Shown here: piece by piece, positions 21,927-51,686 of the stretch | How the letters are laid out: each line of letters starts with the position of its first letter | Position numbering within the stretch: position 1 is the first letter of the stretch | Assembly: GCF_009914755.1 (NCBI RefSeq) | Contig: NC_060925.1 | From: the human T2T-CHM13v2.0 reference genome, Homo sapiens | DNA: 64,000 nucleotides | Direction: 5' to 3' (one strand) | Position numbers and translations under genes: made by a program | The notes under the pieces: generated by a model | Told to the model about the DNA's origin: nothing | What the model saw: the letters and a program-made list of their open reading frames with translations, nothing else | The model's database searches: none

Positions 21927-22196
<270 letters not shown>

Positions 22197-22372
22197 CTAA
22201 ATGAGATTTTAGCTTCTCTTGCCACACACAAAATTTGTAACTGTGAGATAACAGATGTCAATCTGCTTCATTACAGTTACCATTTTACTATCTGTATGTA
22301 TGCTATGTTATATATCATAAACATACATAAGAATATTTTTTAAGAAAGAATAGGACCGGTCGCAGTGGCTCA

Positions 22373-22850
<478 letters not shown>

Positions 22851-22940
22851 TCACTTGAACCTTGGGAGGCGGAGGTTGCAGTGAGCCAAATTCACGCACT
22901 GCACTCCAGCCTGGGCAACAAAGCTAGACTCTCTCAAAAA

Positions 22941-22979
<39 letters not shown>

Positions 22980-23168
22980 GGCAGCTCTACATGCATGAAT
23001 AGAAACAAGTTGCAACAAAGTATGTATTGTGACTCCCCTTTGTTCTTTTTCCTTTGAGACAGGGTCTTGCTCTATCGCCCAAGCTGGAGTGCGGTGGCAT
23101 GGTCTTGGCTCACTGCAACCTCCACCTCCCAAGCTTAAGCCATCCTCCCACCTCAGTCTCCAGTGTAG

Positions 23169-23453
<285 letters not shown>

Positions 23454-24749
23454 TAACAAAGTGTTGGGATTACAGGCGTAAGCCACCGTGCGTGGCCCTC
23501 ATTAGGGTTTTGGGACTAGAGCTACAAAGCCACTGAAGTAAGGTGGCATGACACTGGCTTTCTAGAGTGCTTCACACATTTCTGTAATGTTTTAATTTAG
23601 TAATAGTCATATGATGTTTCCCTAATGAGAACAAAACAGACATTGTACTCCCTATACACGGCTGGAAGCATAAGTAAATCCAGCCTTTGAAAATTCATAT
23701 CAAGGCTGGGCATGGTGACATGCACTTGTAATCCCAGCTATTCAGGAAGCTGAGGAAGGAAGATCCCTTGAGCCCAGGAGTTTGAGACCAGCCTAAGCAA
23801 CATAGTAAGACCCCGTCTCAAAAACAAAACAAAACAAATTTCACATCAAAAGATTAACTGTAACAAAAAGAAATTGTAACAAAATAAATACATATTAAAC
23901 ATATGAAACCCTTTGCACTTAGATCAGAAAGTGTGACTAACACATTATGTTGGTGAGGGTATGATGTATATGTAAGATACTCTTACACATTGACAGGGAA
24001 ATGTAAAGAGAAACCCTCATTCTGAGGGGCAATTTAGCAACATGGATCAATATGAAAAACACACATCCCTTACCCAACAATTTTACTTCCAGGAACTTAC
24101 TTGACCACCAACCTCACTGTTAACAAACAAGTCTGCCCTCAAGACACATAATATTTGCAGAATTCTGTGGACAGAGGATTTAGTACACACTGCTTTCATC
24201 CTGTGATTGCCCTAAGTACTTTCAGAAATGTAAACAGTCCTGACACATGTGGTCTTTGAATATGGTCAAACACCTCATTCTTCAGCTTTGGTATCTCATA
24301 ACAAATTGTTGCATAAAGTATGAAAAATACATATTGGTGATACTATTTATTTATTTAGTCTCTTCTTGCAAAGAGAAGAAATAAACAAAAGGAGAAAGGC
24401 TCATGTCTGGAATCCCAGCAATTTAGGAGGCTGAGGAGGGAGGACTGCTAGAGCCCAGGAGTTTGAGACCAGCCTGGGCAATGTGACAAGACTCTGTCTC
24501 TATAAAAAAGGAGAAAGTGAATAGTGTCTTGTCTCAAAAAAAAAAAAAAAAAAAAAAAAAGAAGAAAGTGAGTAGAAAGAGAGCTTTTTGGATATCTAAA
24601 TAAAAGCTGACAGGGCCAGGCACAGTGGCTCACGCCTGTAATCCCAGCACTTTGGGAGGCCAAGGCGGGGGGATCACTTGAGGTCAGGAGTTCGAGACCA
24701 GCCTGGCCAATATGGCAAAACCCCATCTCTACTAAAAATACAAAAATTA

Positions 24750-24887
<138 letters not shown>

Positions 24888-24950
24888 TCAAAGAAAAAAA
24901 AAAAAAATTAGCCAGGTGTGGTGGTGCATGCCTGTAATCCCAGCTACTCA

Positions 24951-25229
<279 letters not shown>

Positions 25230-25639
25230 TCATAAAATTAACTAATTCATTAATTAAAACTGCTCAAACCTTGGGTGAGGTGTGGCTTCTTACAAGACCA
25301 AAAGCGTCAAAAAAAAAAATAGTACAATGTTGGGGCCAGGTGGTTCACACCTGTAATCCCAGTACTCTGGGAAGCTGAAGCAGGACTGCTTGAGGCTAAA
25401 GGTTCAAGGTCAGCCTGGGTAACATAGTAAGACCCCAACTCTACAAAAAATACCAAAAAAATTAGCTGGGTGTGGTGGTACAACTTGCAGTTGTACCTAC
25501 TGGGGATGTTGAGGCAAAAAGATCACTTGAGACCAGGAGTTTAAGGCTACAGTGAGCTACAATCACACCACTGCACTCCAGGTTGGGCAACAAAGCAAGA
25601 ACCCTGCTTCACTGATAAGAATAAGAAGGCGGAGAAGAA

Positions 25640-28640
<3,001 letters not shown>

Positions 28641-29274
28641 GGCGGAACATACAGGGCATACAGAGCCAAGATAAGATAATTTTTTTTTTTTTTTTTTTTT
28701 TTGAGACTGAGTCTCGCCCTGTTGCCCAAGCTGGAGTGCAGTGGCGTGATCTCGGCTCACCGCAACCTCCACCTCCCGGGTTCCAGGGTTCTCCTGCCTC
28801 AGCCACCCCAGTAGCTGGGATTACAGGCGCCCGCCACCACCCCCGGCTAATTTTTGTATTTTTAGTAGAGACGGGGTTTCACCATGCTGGCCAGGCTGGT
28901 CTCGAACTCCTGACCTCGTGATCCGCCCATCTCGGCCTCCCAAAGTGCTGGGATTACAGGCATGAGCCACCGCACCCGGCCTATTCTTTTTTCTTTTAAA
29001 ATTTTTATTTTAAAAATTTATTTTTTTAAATTTATCCAGCGTCTCACGACGCTGTCTCGAAAAAAAAAAAAGTATCGGCCTGGCGGGCGGTGGCTCACGC
29101 CTGTAATGCCAGCACTTTGGGAGGCCAAGGCGGTCAAATTATCTGAGGTCAGGAGTTCGAGACCAGCCTGACCAACATGGAGAAACCCTGTCTCTACTAA
29201 AAATACAAAAAATAAAAATAATAAAAAAAAATTAGCCGGGCATGATGGTGCATGCCTGTAATCCCAGCTATTCA

Positions 29275-29379
<105 letters not shown>

Positions 29380-29555
29380 TCAATAAATAAATAAATATCA
29401 GAAATTGGCCCAGCATGGTGGCTCACGCCTGTAATCCCAGAAGAGGTGGGCAGATCGCTTGAGCCCAGAGCTCGAGACCAGCCTGGCCAACATGGCGAAA
29501 ACCCGTCTCCACTAAAAATACAAAACTGAGTCGGGCGTGGTGGCCCGTGCCTCTA

Positions 29556-29705
<150 letters not shown>

Positions 29706-30765
29706 TTATTTGGTTAGTCTGGAAACTAATTACGTTGAGAAACTGACTGAAGCTTGATTATTTCTATTATACACAGACTTCAAACATTCCAGAACTTACT
29801 GTTAAAGTCAGATTTACCCTCCTTGTGAGACAGACGCCCAGAGCTTGGACTTATTCGTTTGCTTTATAGAAACTCCCTAACTTATTTCACTTCTCATACT
29901 AGACTTTAAGCTCCAAAGCCAGAGACCATGACTTCCATTCCTTCCGGATCCCCCAGCGGAATGTAAAAACTCCAGAAAGCATTTCCTAAATGCCTGCCGA
30001 AAGACGGCTACTGAGCATGCCCGGCTTGGCCAAGTCAATTTCAACAACATTCTGAAACAAAAACTATAGTTCCCGCGTTACAAGGTGGAAAAAAGGGAAT
30101 AAACGGGAGCAAAGCCTAAGGATTCAATCTATATGAGGGGGTTAAGGAAAGGTAAAGTTCAAGGGCGGCGCAGACGTGAAGGACAGCACTATCACAGCTT
30201 AAACTTGGTACTCGGTAAACTGGTGTCGAACCAGAACGACCAAAGAAAGGCTTAAAAAAAATACTAGATTAACGAGTGAGGGAAGGCCAACGGGGGTGCA
30301 GGGTATCGATGACGTAGGCTGACCACAGTTTTTTCTAAAGCTGCCCTCTACAAAAATAATACTAAGATGATCAGGCCTTCGGTGTCAACACCAACAAGAT
30401 ACACTGTGATGAAGCTCACTTCCAAAAAGTTCCTTTTTACAAACGAAAGAGCCGTGCTGTGGCCAAGATACCCCAACCATCAACGCTTGCTAAGCTCTCA
30501 GCTCCTGCCTTCATCTCCACCGCCATCTTCTGGATGGGAACCCAAACCTTCCTAAAGTGCTTTGGCCAGCATCACCTCCGCGCACAGCCCGGGAAGCCTG
30601 CGTTTCCCAGGTCGCGCAGACGGCGCAAAGGGGGAAACTCCACCTCGCTCGGCTCCGCGCCTCCCAAATGCACGCAAAGGGCTGCCGTCTTCCTTTCCCC
30701 TACCCCGCCCGGGCTTTCCAAGGTCCGGCGCGAGGAGCCCGCGAGGCGCGGTGCGCGGGCCTCAC

Positions 30766-30899
30766 CTGCACACGCCGCGAATGCAGGGCTCCAGCCAGAT
30801 GCGGTAAGCGGTCTCGATGTGCTCCTGCGACACCTCCTCGGGCCGCACCGTCTCCGCCCAGCGCCAGGCCGCCTTCTCCAGCTGCAGCCGCGGGGCCAT
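30766..30899 (-). CDS. USP48: USP48 coding exon 1 ([45 protein letters not shown])
   Basis: ATG at 30899 (GCCATGG Kozak context) inside a CpG island. The 134-nt exon ends at AG|GTGAG and matches the recalled USP48 N-terminus. Phase 2 joins exon 2 in frame. Confidence 0.96.
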
Positions 30900-31595
30900 G
30901 GCCTTGGCCCCAGGAACGCCTCCCGAGCCAGACCGCCGCAGCCGCCGCCGCGGTCTGCACCGCCGCCCCAATGGGCTTCGCCACCTGCCAGCAAGGAGGA
31001 CCTGGCGCTCCTTCAGGCAGCTGGCCAGTCAATCACCTGTGCGCGCCACTGCCGCCGCGCCCGCCCGCGCCCGACCCGCACGACCGGCCGCAAAGCGCCG
31101 CCGTCGACACCCGACACACCCCGCGCCCGCGGACGTTAAAGGTGGACTCCCCGCCGCGCTGAGCGCATGCGCGTTCCCAGCAGCCTCTGCGCCTCCCGCG
31201 CCCCTAACCCGACGGGCTGAGGTAGAGGAAGCGTACGTCCGAGGCGGTCTTGCCACGTCCTCACTGGCACTTCTGGAAAAGCAGCGTCTCAGCCCCCGTT
31301 CAGGGCGGCGCACTACGTACCACTACTCTAACAAACCAGTGCCTCGAAAGCTATTTCTTGCCTCCGGTACTTCCCTTTTAACCATGAAGTTTTCACGCTA
31401 GAGGCTACTCAACGCACACACAGGCCCGCCCAGACTGTGGAGCGGGACCTGTTTAGAGTAGAAACCGAGTCGCCAAAGAAACCAGTGTTGGCTCTTTAGA
31501 GGGAGATTTAACTTGAGCCTGGACCGGTTCCGAACCCCTTTCCCGAGCCCTCCTGACGTCATGGGACCTTCCGGCCTTTTCCCGTGCTAGGGTGG

Positions 31596-31660
31596 GACTA
31601 CGTGTCCCGGCATGCCCTGCGTCCTGCCACTGACTGTGAGGCATGCTGGGATTTGTAGTC
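31596..31660. promoter_or_regulatory. Inverted pair of ZNF143/THAP11(Ronin)-type ACTAC...TCCC...ATGC motifs
   Basis: GACTACGTGTCCCGGCATGC (+, 31596-31615) and GACTACAAATCCCAGCATGC (-, 31641-31660). Confidence 0.75.
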
Positions 31661-32157
31661 TTCGAGGTGGGAGTGCTCAGTGCGCCGCAGACTGTGCGGG
31701 CGGGGGTCCGAGGTGCCAGGGTGGAGTTTCTCTGGTGCGCAAGGTCATGTTTGCTGTTGGCTCCCTTCTCAAGACTGTTACCTCTATGCCAGGATTTTCT
31801 AGTTCCTCTCTAGCTCCTGGTTTAAAACATTTCCTTTCTGCGACTCCTGCCCCAGGACATAAAGAGTAGCTTTATGAGAATTGTTTTGCAAACTGTAAAG
31901 AACTCTACTAAAGTGAGGATATTTAAGAATTTTGAATTTGAATTAGAGCTCTGCCAGAATCTAAGCGCTAACTTCTGACTCAGCTGCTTGCCTGCTGGAA
32001 AACCTTAGGCTGAATTCTTTAGATAAACATTCACTGGGCCGAGCACCGTGGCTCAAGGATCCAATCCCAGCACTTTGGGAGGCCGAGGTGGGCGGATCAC
32101 CTGAGGTCAGGAGTTCGAGGCCAGCCTGACCAAAATGGAGAAACCCCGTCTCTACTA

Positions 32158-32316
<159 letters not shown>

Positions 32317-32622
32317 TCAAAAAAAACAAAAAAATTCGCTGAAGGCAGAAGAAAGTAAGATGTGGTCCCTGCCCTTGGAAGTGGGTTAGGGAGTGAGCGG
32401 TAGAAATACAAAGATCCCCATCCCAGTCTTGGGAGGCTTCGGGGTACTTGAGAAAAGGCTTCCCAGAAGTAATTCCGAAGCCCGCTTTTAACGGGTGAGT
32501 TGGACTTATCCAGGATAGAAGAAAGACACCATTCCAGAAAAAAAGAAACCACAAGGAGCAAAGGCACAGAAGAGAAAAGCTTGGCGTGAGAGGGCCACAA
32601 TTTCTGAGACAGGGACAGGTGA

Positions 32623-32742
<120 letters not shown>

Positions 32743-32769
32743 TAACACGGTGAAACCCCCTCTCTACTA

Positions 32770-33021
<252 letters not shown>

Positions 33022-33119
33022 TTATTCAAAGTACCCACTGAAGATATACAGCTGTTGAGTGCTATAATGGAGATTTGCATTTTGTATAGTGAGGCAGAGA
33101 AGACTTTTTTTTTTCCTGA

Positions 33120-34072
<953 letters not shown>

Positions 34073-35152
34073 GAATGAGGACTTGCTACAGCTTGATGAT
34101 GTTGACCTGACCGGTATATCTTCACCTTTCTGATATTTGACCTTCAAGTCTGGTCACACCCCTTTCCTCAGTATCCACAGCTCCCTGTGTCATCCCTTGC
34201 TTCACTTAGCACATGATGAAATTGTGACTATCATTCACCATGAAGACACTACTATATGGCAGTTTTCTAAATTGGATAATTAAATAGAATTTCTACCAAA
34301 TGAGATAGCAACACCAGAAGAAGGAACAGATTTAGAAAGAAGATGATTTCGGCCAGGCACGGTAGCTCACGCCTGTAATCCAGCACTTTGGGAGGCCGAG
34401 GTGGACAGATCATCTGAGGTCAGGAGTTCGAGACCAGCTTGGGCAACATGGTGAAACCCTGTCTCTACAAAAATACAAAAATTTGCCAGGTGTGGTGGTA
34501 GGCACCTGTAGTCCCAGCTACTCAGAAGGCTGAAGTGGAGGGATTGCTTGAGCCCAGGAGGTCGAGGTTGCAGTGAGCAGAGATCTCACCACTGCACTCC
34601 AGTCTGGGCGACAGAGGGAGACCCTGTCTCAAAAACAAACAAACAAAACCCAAATGTGCTAATTTGCTGTAATTTCTCTGAAGTTTAACAAACCCTCTCT
34701 TGACTCCCACATCCCCCTCCAGCTACTGTCCCATTTCTCTTTTTCCCTTTATAGCAAAACTCCTGGAAAGCATTTTCTGTACTCTTCTCCAGTTCTCCTC
34801 CTATTCCTCCTTAAACCTCCCAAATCAGGTTCTTGCCTCTATCACCTCCAAAACTGCTCGTATGAAGAATGCCAATGGCCTTCACCTTGTTAAATGCAGT
34901 GGTAAACTCATACTCTATTTATTTTACTAGACCTGTTAGCAGCAATTGACCCAGTTATTCACTCTTTCCTCTTAGAAACACTTTCTTCTCTTAAATCACA
35001 GGGTGCCACACTCTCCTGGTTTTCTCTTTACTGCTGGCCATCCCTTCCGGTGTCCTTTGCAGCTTCTTTCTCCTCTAACCTGGAAACTTGAGTGGCCTAG
35101 GGTTCAGTCCTTTGGACCTCTCCTTTAACTTTGTTTACTCCCTGGGGGATCT

Positions 35153-36633
<1,481 letters not shown>

Positions 36634-37065
36634 ATCTCATCTCCTCCTGCTGTGTGTGGATGACTCCTAAATTCACATCTCCAGACCTGACCTAACTTCT
36701 AAAATACTAGATTTATATATCCTGCTGCTTGCTTGGCGTCTCCAGTGTGCAATAGATATCTCACATGTTACAGGGCCAAAGTGTATTCCTATTCCACCCC
36801 AACCTCCCCTCTCCTCACATATCCTTCCATCCAAAAGACAGAAATCTTTCCATCTTGGTAGGTGTCAACTTCATCCTACCAGAAATCTTGCAGGCCGACT
36901 TCTCTCTTTCCCTTACATCCCCATCCAGTCCCGCAAAACCTGTCAGCTTGCCTTCAAAATAGATGTAGAGGCCAGGCAGATTAAGTGCTCACAAGCCCAG
37001 CACTTTTGGTGGCTGAGGCACACCACCACGCCCGGCTAATTTTTGTATTTTTGTGGAGTGATCTA

Positions 37066-37349
<284 letters not shown>

Positions 37350-37402
37350 TTATCATTATCACTCTGGTCTCACCCGGATTACTGCAAAAGCTTCCCAAAT
37401 GG

Positions 37403-38342
<940 letters not shown>

Positions 38343-38639
38343 CTGGTCTTCCTGTTTTCACCCTTGCCCCCTTACATAGTCTGCTCTGGGCATGTAAATC
38401 ATGTCATTCCTGAAAAACCTCCAAAGATTTCCTATCATTTAGAATAAATGACAAAGGGCTGAGCACAGTGGCTCATGCCTGTAATCTCAGCCTTTTGGAA
38501 GGCTGAGGCTAGAGGATTTCTTGCTTGAGGACAAGAGTTTGAGACCTATCTGAGCAACATAGTGAGACCCTGTCTCTACCAAAAAAAAAAAAAAAAAAAA
38601 TTGCCAGGTGTGGTGGTGTGTGCCTGTGGTCCCCAACTA

Positions 38640-40195
<1,556 letters not shown>

Positions 40196-40285
40196 ACAGG
40201 AACAGGAAGAAGACCTAAGAAGAGGGTTCAGAAGGAACAACTGTTAGATATGAGGAGAATCACAAGAACTATCTCAGAACCTTAG

Positions 40286-40993
<708 letters not shown>

Positions 40994-41421
40994 TGAGCCA
41001 CCACACCCGGCCTTTTTTTTTTTTTCTTTTTTGAGACAGGGTCTCAATCTCTCACCCAGGCTGGAGTGCAGTGGTATGTTCTCAACTTACTGCAACCTCG
41101 ACCTCCCAGGTTCAAGGCCACCTCAGCCTCTCCAGTAGCTGAGACTACAGGCATTTGCCATCACATGTGGCTAATTTTTAAATTTTTTTGTACAGATAGG
41201 GTCTCACTATATTGCCCAGGCTGGTCTACCACTCTTGGGATCAAGTGACCTTCATGCTTTGGCTTCCCAAAGTACTGGGATTACAGGCATGAGCCACCAC
41301 ACCTAGCCAATTTGTTTTTTTAGACAGGGTCTTTGAATGTCACCCAGGCTGAGGCAGGAGGATTGCTTGAGCCTTGAAGTTTGAGACTCACTGCAGCCTC
41401 AACCTCTTCAGGCTCGGGTAA

Positions 41422-41745
<324 letters not shown>

Positions 41746-41924
41746 TAGCCAGGATGGTCTCAATCTCCTGATCTCGTGATCCACCCGCCTCGGCCTCCCA
41801 AAGTGCTGGGATTACAGGTGTGAGCCACCATGGCTGACGAAAGGAAGTTTCTTCATGTTTCCCAGATTGGTCCTGAAGTCCTGGGCTCAAGCAAACCAGC
41901 CAATTTTTATTTTTCTAGTTAACT

Positions 41925-42695
<771 letters not shown>

Positions 42696-42929
42696 TACAC
42701 CCTTTTGGCTTCCTCATCTGCTATGTACTCATCAACCAACTCTAGTCTGGCCTATGACCTTGTCACTCTTCTACAGCTCCTTTATCAAGGTTACCATGAC
42801 TTCCATGTTACCAACTTCAGTGGTCTTCTTTCAGGCCTCAGCTCTCTGCAGTCACCAGCACAGATAACCACTCCTGCCACCTCAAACTGTCCCTCTTGAT
42901 TCTCCACCTCCTTCAGTGGCTGCTCCTTC

Positions 42930-43946
<1,017 letters not shown>

Positions 43947-44007
43947 CTCTCAACCTTCTTTGGTGCTTCCTCCTATACTGGTTTTCCAAATGCTGGAGTT
44001 TTTCTAG

Positions 44008-44722
<715 letters not shown>

Positions 44723-45205
44723 TCACTGAGATCATATCAAGAATCTCATAGGCCGGGCGCGGTGGTTCATACCTGCAGCCTTAGCACTTTAGGAGACTGA
44801 GGTGGGCACATCGCTTGAGCCCTAGAGTTTGCGACCAACCTGGGCAACATGCCGAAACCTCATCTCTACAACATAAAAAATAAAAAAAATTAGCAGGGTG
44901 CGATGGTGTGTGCCTGTAGTCTCAGCCACTCAGGAGGGACACAAGGTCTGTGTCTGGTACTCTAATGGATTGTTACTGATCGATTGAGCCCAGGAGGTCG
45001 AGGCTGCAGTGAGCTGTGATGGGACCACTACACTCCAGCCTGGGTAACAGAGTGAGACCCTGTCTCAAAAAAACCCAAAACGTAGTCCTATAAATACCCA
45101 TGGCACATAATCTTGCCACCCCAGGAAGAGATATAACTCCCTCCAGTGCATCTTTTTTATAATTGTCCATGTACCTGTTCAGGTCACTGTGCTCAGTGTC
45201 TATGA

Positions 45206-45376
<171 letters not shown>

Positions 45377-45379
45377 TGA

Positions 45380-45568
<189 letters not shown>

Positions 45569-46310
45569 TAATGGTCTTCACATTCTTTGATGATGATGAT
45601 GTTATAAGTCTTCTCCGTCTTTTAGTTCACTTGTTTTCCTCTAGGAAGGCATTATAATTCCTGTTGGATCTACTCTTAGTAGATGCCTCTGAGATGAAGT
45701 TCTACGTATAGGCTGAGGTCCACAGGGTACATGTCTGATTCTCTGTTGTTACTGACATCTCTCTGATAAGGTCAATATCCCCATTTAGGATCCCTGGATT
45801 GAGTTACATTGACCTCAGCCAGGCCATCTGAAGCGTCATCTGGCTTTCTTTCCTTTTCTTTTGAGACAGGGTCTCACACTGTTGCCCAGGCTGTAGTGCA
45901 GTGGTGCAATCATGGCTCACAGTAGTCTCAACCTCCTGGGCTCAAGGGATCCTCTGGCCTCAGCCTCCTGAGTAGCTGGGACTACAGATGTGCACGATCA
46001 CACCTGGGTAATTTTTGGTTTTGGTTTTGGTTTTTTTTTTTTTTGAGACAGAGTCTCACTCTGTCCCACAGGCTGGAGTGCAGTGGTGTGATCTCACCTC
46101 ACTGCACCCTCCACTTCTGGGTTCATGCCATTCTCCTGCCTCAGCCTCCCGAGTACCTGGGACTACAGGTGCCCACCACCACACCCGTCTAATTTTTTTT
46201 TTATTTTTAGTAGAGACGGGGTTTCACTGTGTTAGCCAGGATGGTCTTGAACTCCTGACCTCGTGATCCACCTGCCTCAGCCTCCCAAAGTGCTGGGATT
46301 ACAGGTGTGA

Positions 46311-46481
<171 letters not shown>

Positions 46482-46484
46482 TGA

Positions 46485-46811
<327 letters not shown>

Positions 46812-46886
46812 TGATGTTATACTTCTGGTTAATTTATCTACTTCCTTTTTCTTTTCTTTTCTTCTTCTTTTTTTTTTTTTTTTTGA

Positions 46887-47222
<336 letters not shown>

Positions 47223-47307
47223 TGAAACATGGTCTCTTGAATGTGAGACTGTGTAATTGGATGTATATACTCCCCTACCGGTTTTCTCCATACTGAATGT
47301 TTGTTAG

Positions 47308-47640
<333 letters not shown>

Positions 47641-48749
47641 TGAACTCCTGACCTCAGGTGATCTGCCCACCTCTGCCTCCCAAAGTGCTGGGATTACACG
47701 TGTGAGCCACCGTGACCAGCCTCATTGATTGTAATTCATTATACTGGGATGACTTTTCTGGCCCTCCACCTGCCAGGGTGTCACCTGTGATGAATTTAGG
47801 GCTGCTGCTGCTTTCTGCTTGATTCCTGTGGTATGAGTGAGGCATTCACATCCACGAACCACGCACATCACCTGTGCCCCAGTGCCAGCTCAGACAGGAG
47901 GAAGCTGCTGTCTCTAGGGGTGGTGGTCAAGGTGTTTCCTATTCTCTCTGCTCACAGAGCAAGTCTAGCAACAGCTAAGACACTACCTCCTCATGCACTT
48001 TTTTTTTTTTTTTTTTTTTTGAGACAGGGTCTGCTGGCTCTGTCCCCCAGGTGTAAGTGCAATGGCGCAATCTCGGCTCACTGCAACCTCCGCCTCCCAG
48101 GCTCAAGCAATCCTCCCACCTCAGCCTCTTGAGTAGCTAGGACTACAGGTGCATGCCACCACACCTGGCTAATTTTTTTCTTTTTTCTTTTTTCAGACGG
48201 AGTCTCGCTCTGTTGCCCAGACTGGAGTGCAGTGGTGTGATCTCGGCTCCCTACCAGCTCCGCCTCCCAGGTTCACGCCATTCTCCTGCCTCAGCCTCCT
48301 GAATAGCTGGGACTACAGGCGTCTGCCACCACGCCCGGCTAATTTTTTGTATTTTTAGTAGAGATAGGGTTTCACCGTGTTAGCCAGGATGGTCTCGATC
48401 TCCTGACCTCGTGATCTGCCCACTTCGGCCTCCCAAAGTGCTAGAATTACAAGCGTGAGCCACTGCGCCTGGACTAATTTTTTTCTTTTTTTGTAGAGAT
48501 GAGTTTTCACCACGTTGCCCAGGCTAGTCTCAAACTCCTGAGTTCAAGCAATCCACCCACCTCAGTATCTCAAAGTGCTGGGATTACAGAACTGAGCCAT
48601 CGCACCTGGCCTCTCATGCACCTTTGATGTATCATTGGGACCCTGCATTGTCCTTTCCATTATGTTCCATTTCCATTCTAGGTGGGTAATACTTGGGCTA
48701 CTCCCTTTGTCTGATCAGAACTGAGTCTAGCTCATGTTAGGATGAGTAG

Positions 48750-48965
<216 letters not shown>

Positions 48966-49413
48966 TAAGTAGCTTGGATTACAGGCAACTGCCACCATGC
49001 CCAGCTAATTTTTGTATCTTTAATAGAGACGGCGTTTCACCATGTTGGCCAGGCCGTTGTCGAACTCTTGACCTCAAGTGATCCGCCTGCCTCGCCCTCC
49101 CAAAATGCTGGGATTACAGGTGTGAGCCACCACACATGGCCAGGGGCTAGTTTTCTGTATCAGAAATTTCTGTGTCCAGTAGACTGACAAAGAAATGATC
49201 CCATGCCTAACCTTCAAAATCTGACTCAGAGTGACCAATCAGCATGTTCATGAGTCATTGAAATCTTTGTTTACATTATTAGTATAGGTGCTCAGGGTAA
49301 AATGTCTTGCTACCCAATTCAGTTCATTGAAGGATATCTGATCCTCAAGGAAATTTGTGGATTTTTTTCCTGGTGACTTGATACATTGTAAAACAATATT
49401 CAGCTTAGTATAA

Positions 49414-49762
<349 letters not shown>

Positions 49763-50083
49763 TAGAGACAGGGTCTCACCATGTTGCCTAGACTGGTCTC
49801 AAACTGGAACTCAAGTGATCCTCCTGCCTTGGCCTCCCAAAGTGCTGGGATTATGTGCATAAGCTACAGCACCTGACCCCTTTCTGTGATTTCTAATGTG
49901 TTAGATAAGAGCTCACTACATTTTTTGTACATTTATTTTATTTTGCACGTTATATTTGTATTTTTTGTTGTCTGTTGTCAATTTTCATTTTCCTTCTGGC
50001 CACACTAGTGACTTGTAGGGACGTAGGTTTGCCTAATGATGCCTTCTTTTTCTAATCTAGTAAAAATGTCTGTGATCTCATTA

Positions 50084-50515
<432 letters not shown>

Positions 50516-50858
50516 TCATGGATTTGGAAGTGAGATGGCCTCTGAGTTCAAATCCTGGCTGTGTCCCTTCCACTGTGGCTGAAGCTTAACACTTGATTGG
50601 CGTGTGTGGGATATGAGCCCAGTGTAGCCAGAAGAAGGTACTTTCTCCGGTTGCTGCATAAAAGCCAGCAAAGGCAGGCTGTCCCCGGCCTTCTAGGCTT
50701 TGTGTGTGATTCTCCTTCTGCCTGGAACACTGTTGCTTCCCCATTTCCTACTTACATAATATTTCTGCATTTAACATCTTTGTGCCTCAGCTTCTTCCTC
50801 TGCAAAATGGAGATGATAAGAGTACCCACTTTATGGCACTACTGTGAAGAATAAATCA

Positions 50859-51686
<828 letters not shown>

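Larger units (their letters stand above)
30560..31750. promoter_or_regulatory. USP48: CpG-island promoter and 5'UTR of USP48
   Basis: Sharp rise in GC and CpG around exon 1. NRF1 palindrome GCGCATGCGC 31163-31172; full CRE TGACGTCA 31554-31561; ETS core CTTCCGG 31568-31574; ZNF143/THAP11-type motifs. No obvious TATA box. Exact TSS cannot be read from sequence. Confidence 0.9.

Noticed and set aside
30367-31869. Overlapping 100-226 aa Arg/Pro/Ala-rich ORFs on both strands
   Set aside because: Expected stop-codon scarcity in a CpG island; only the minus-strand MAPRLQ frame splices into USP48.
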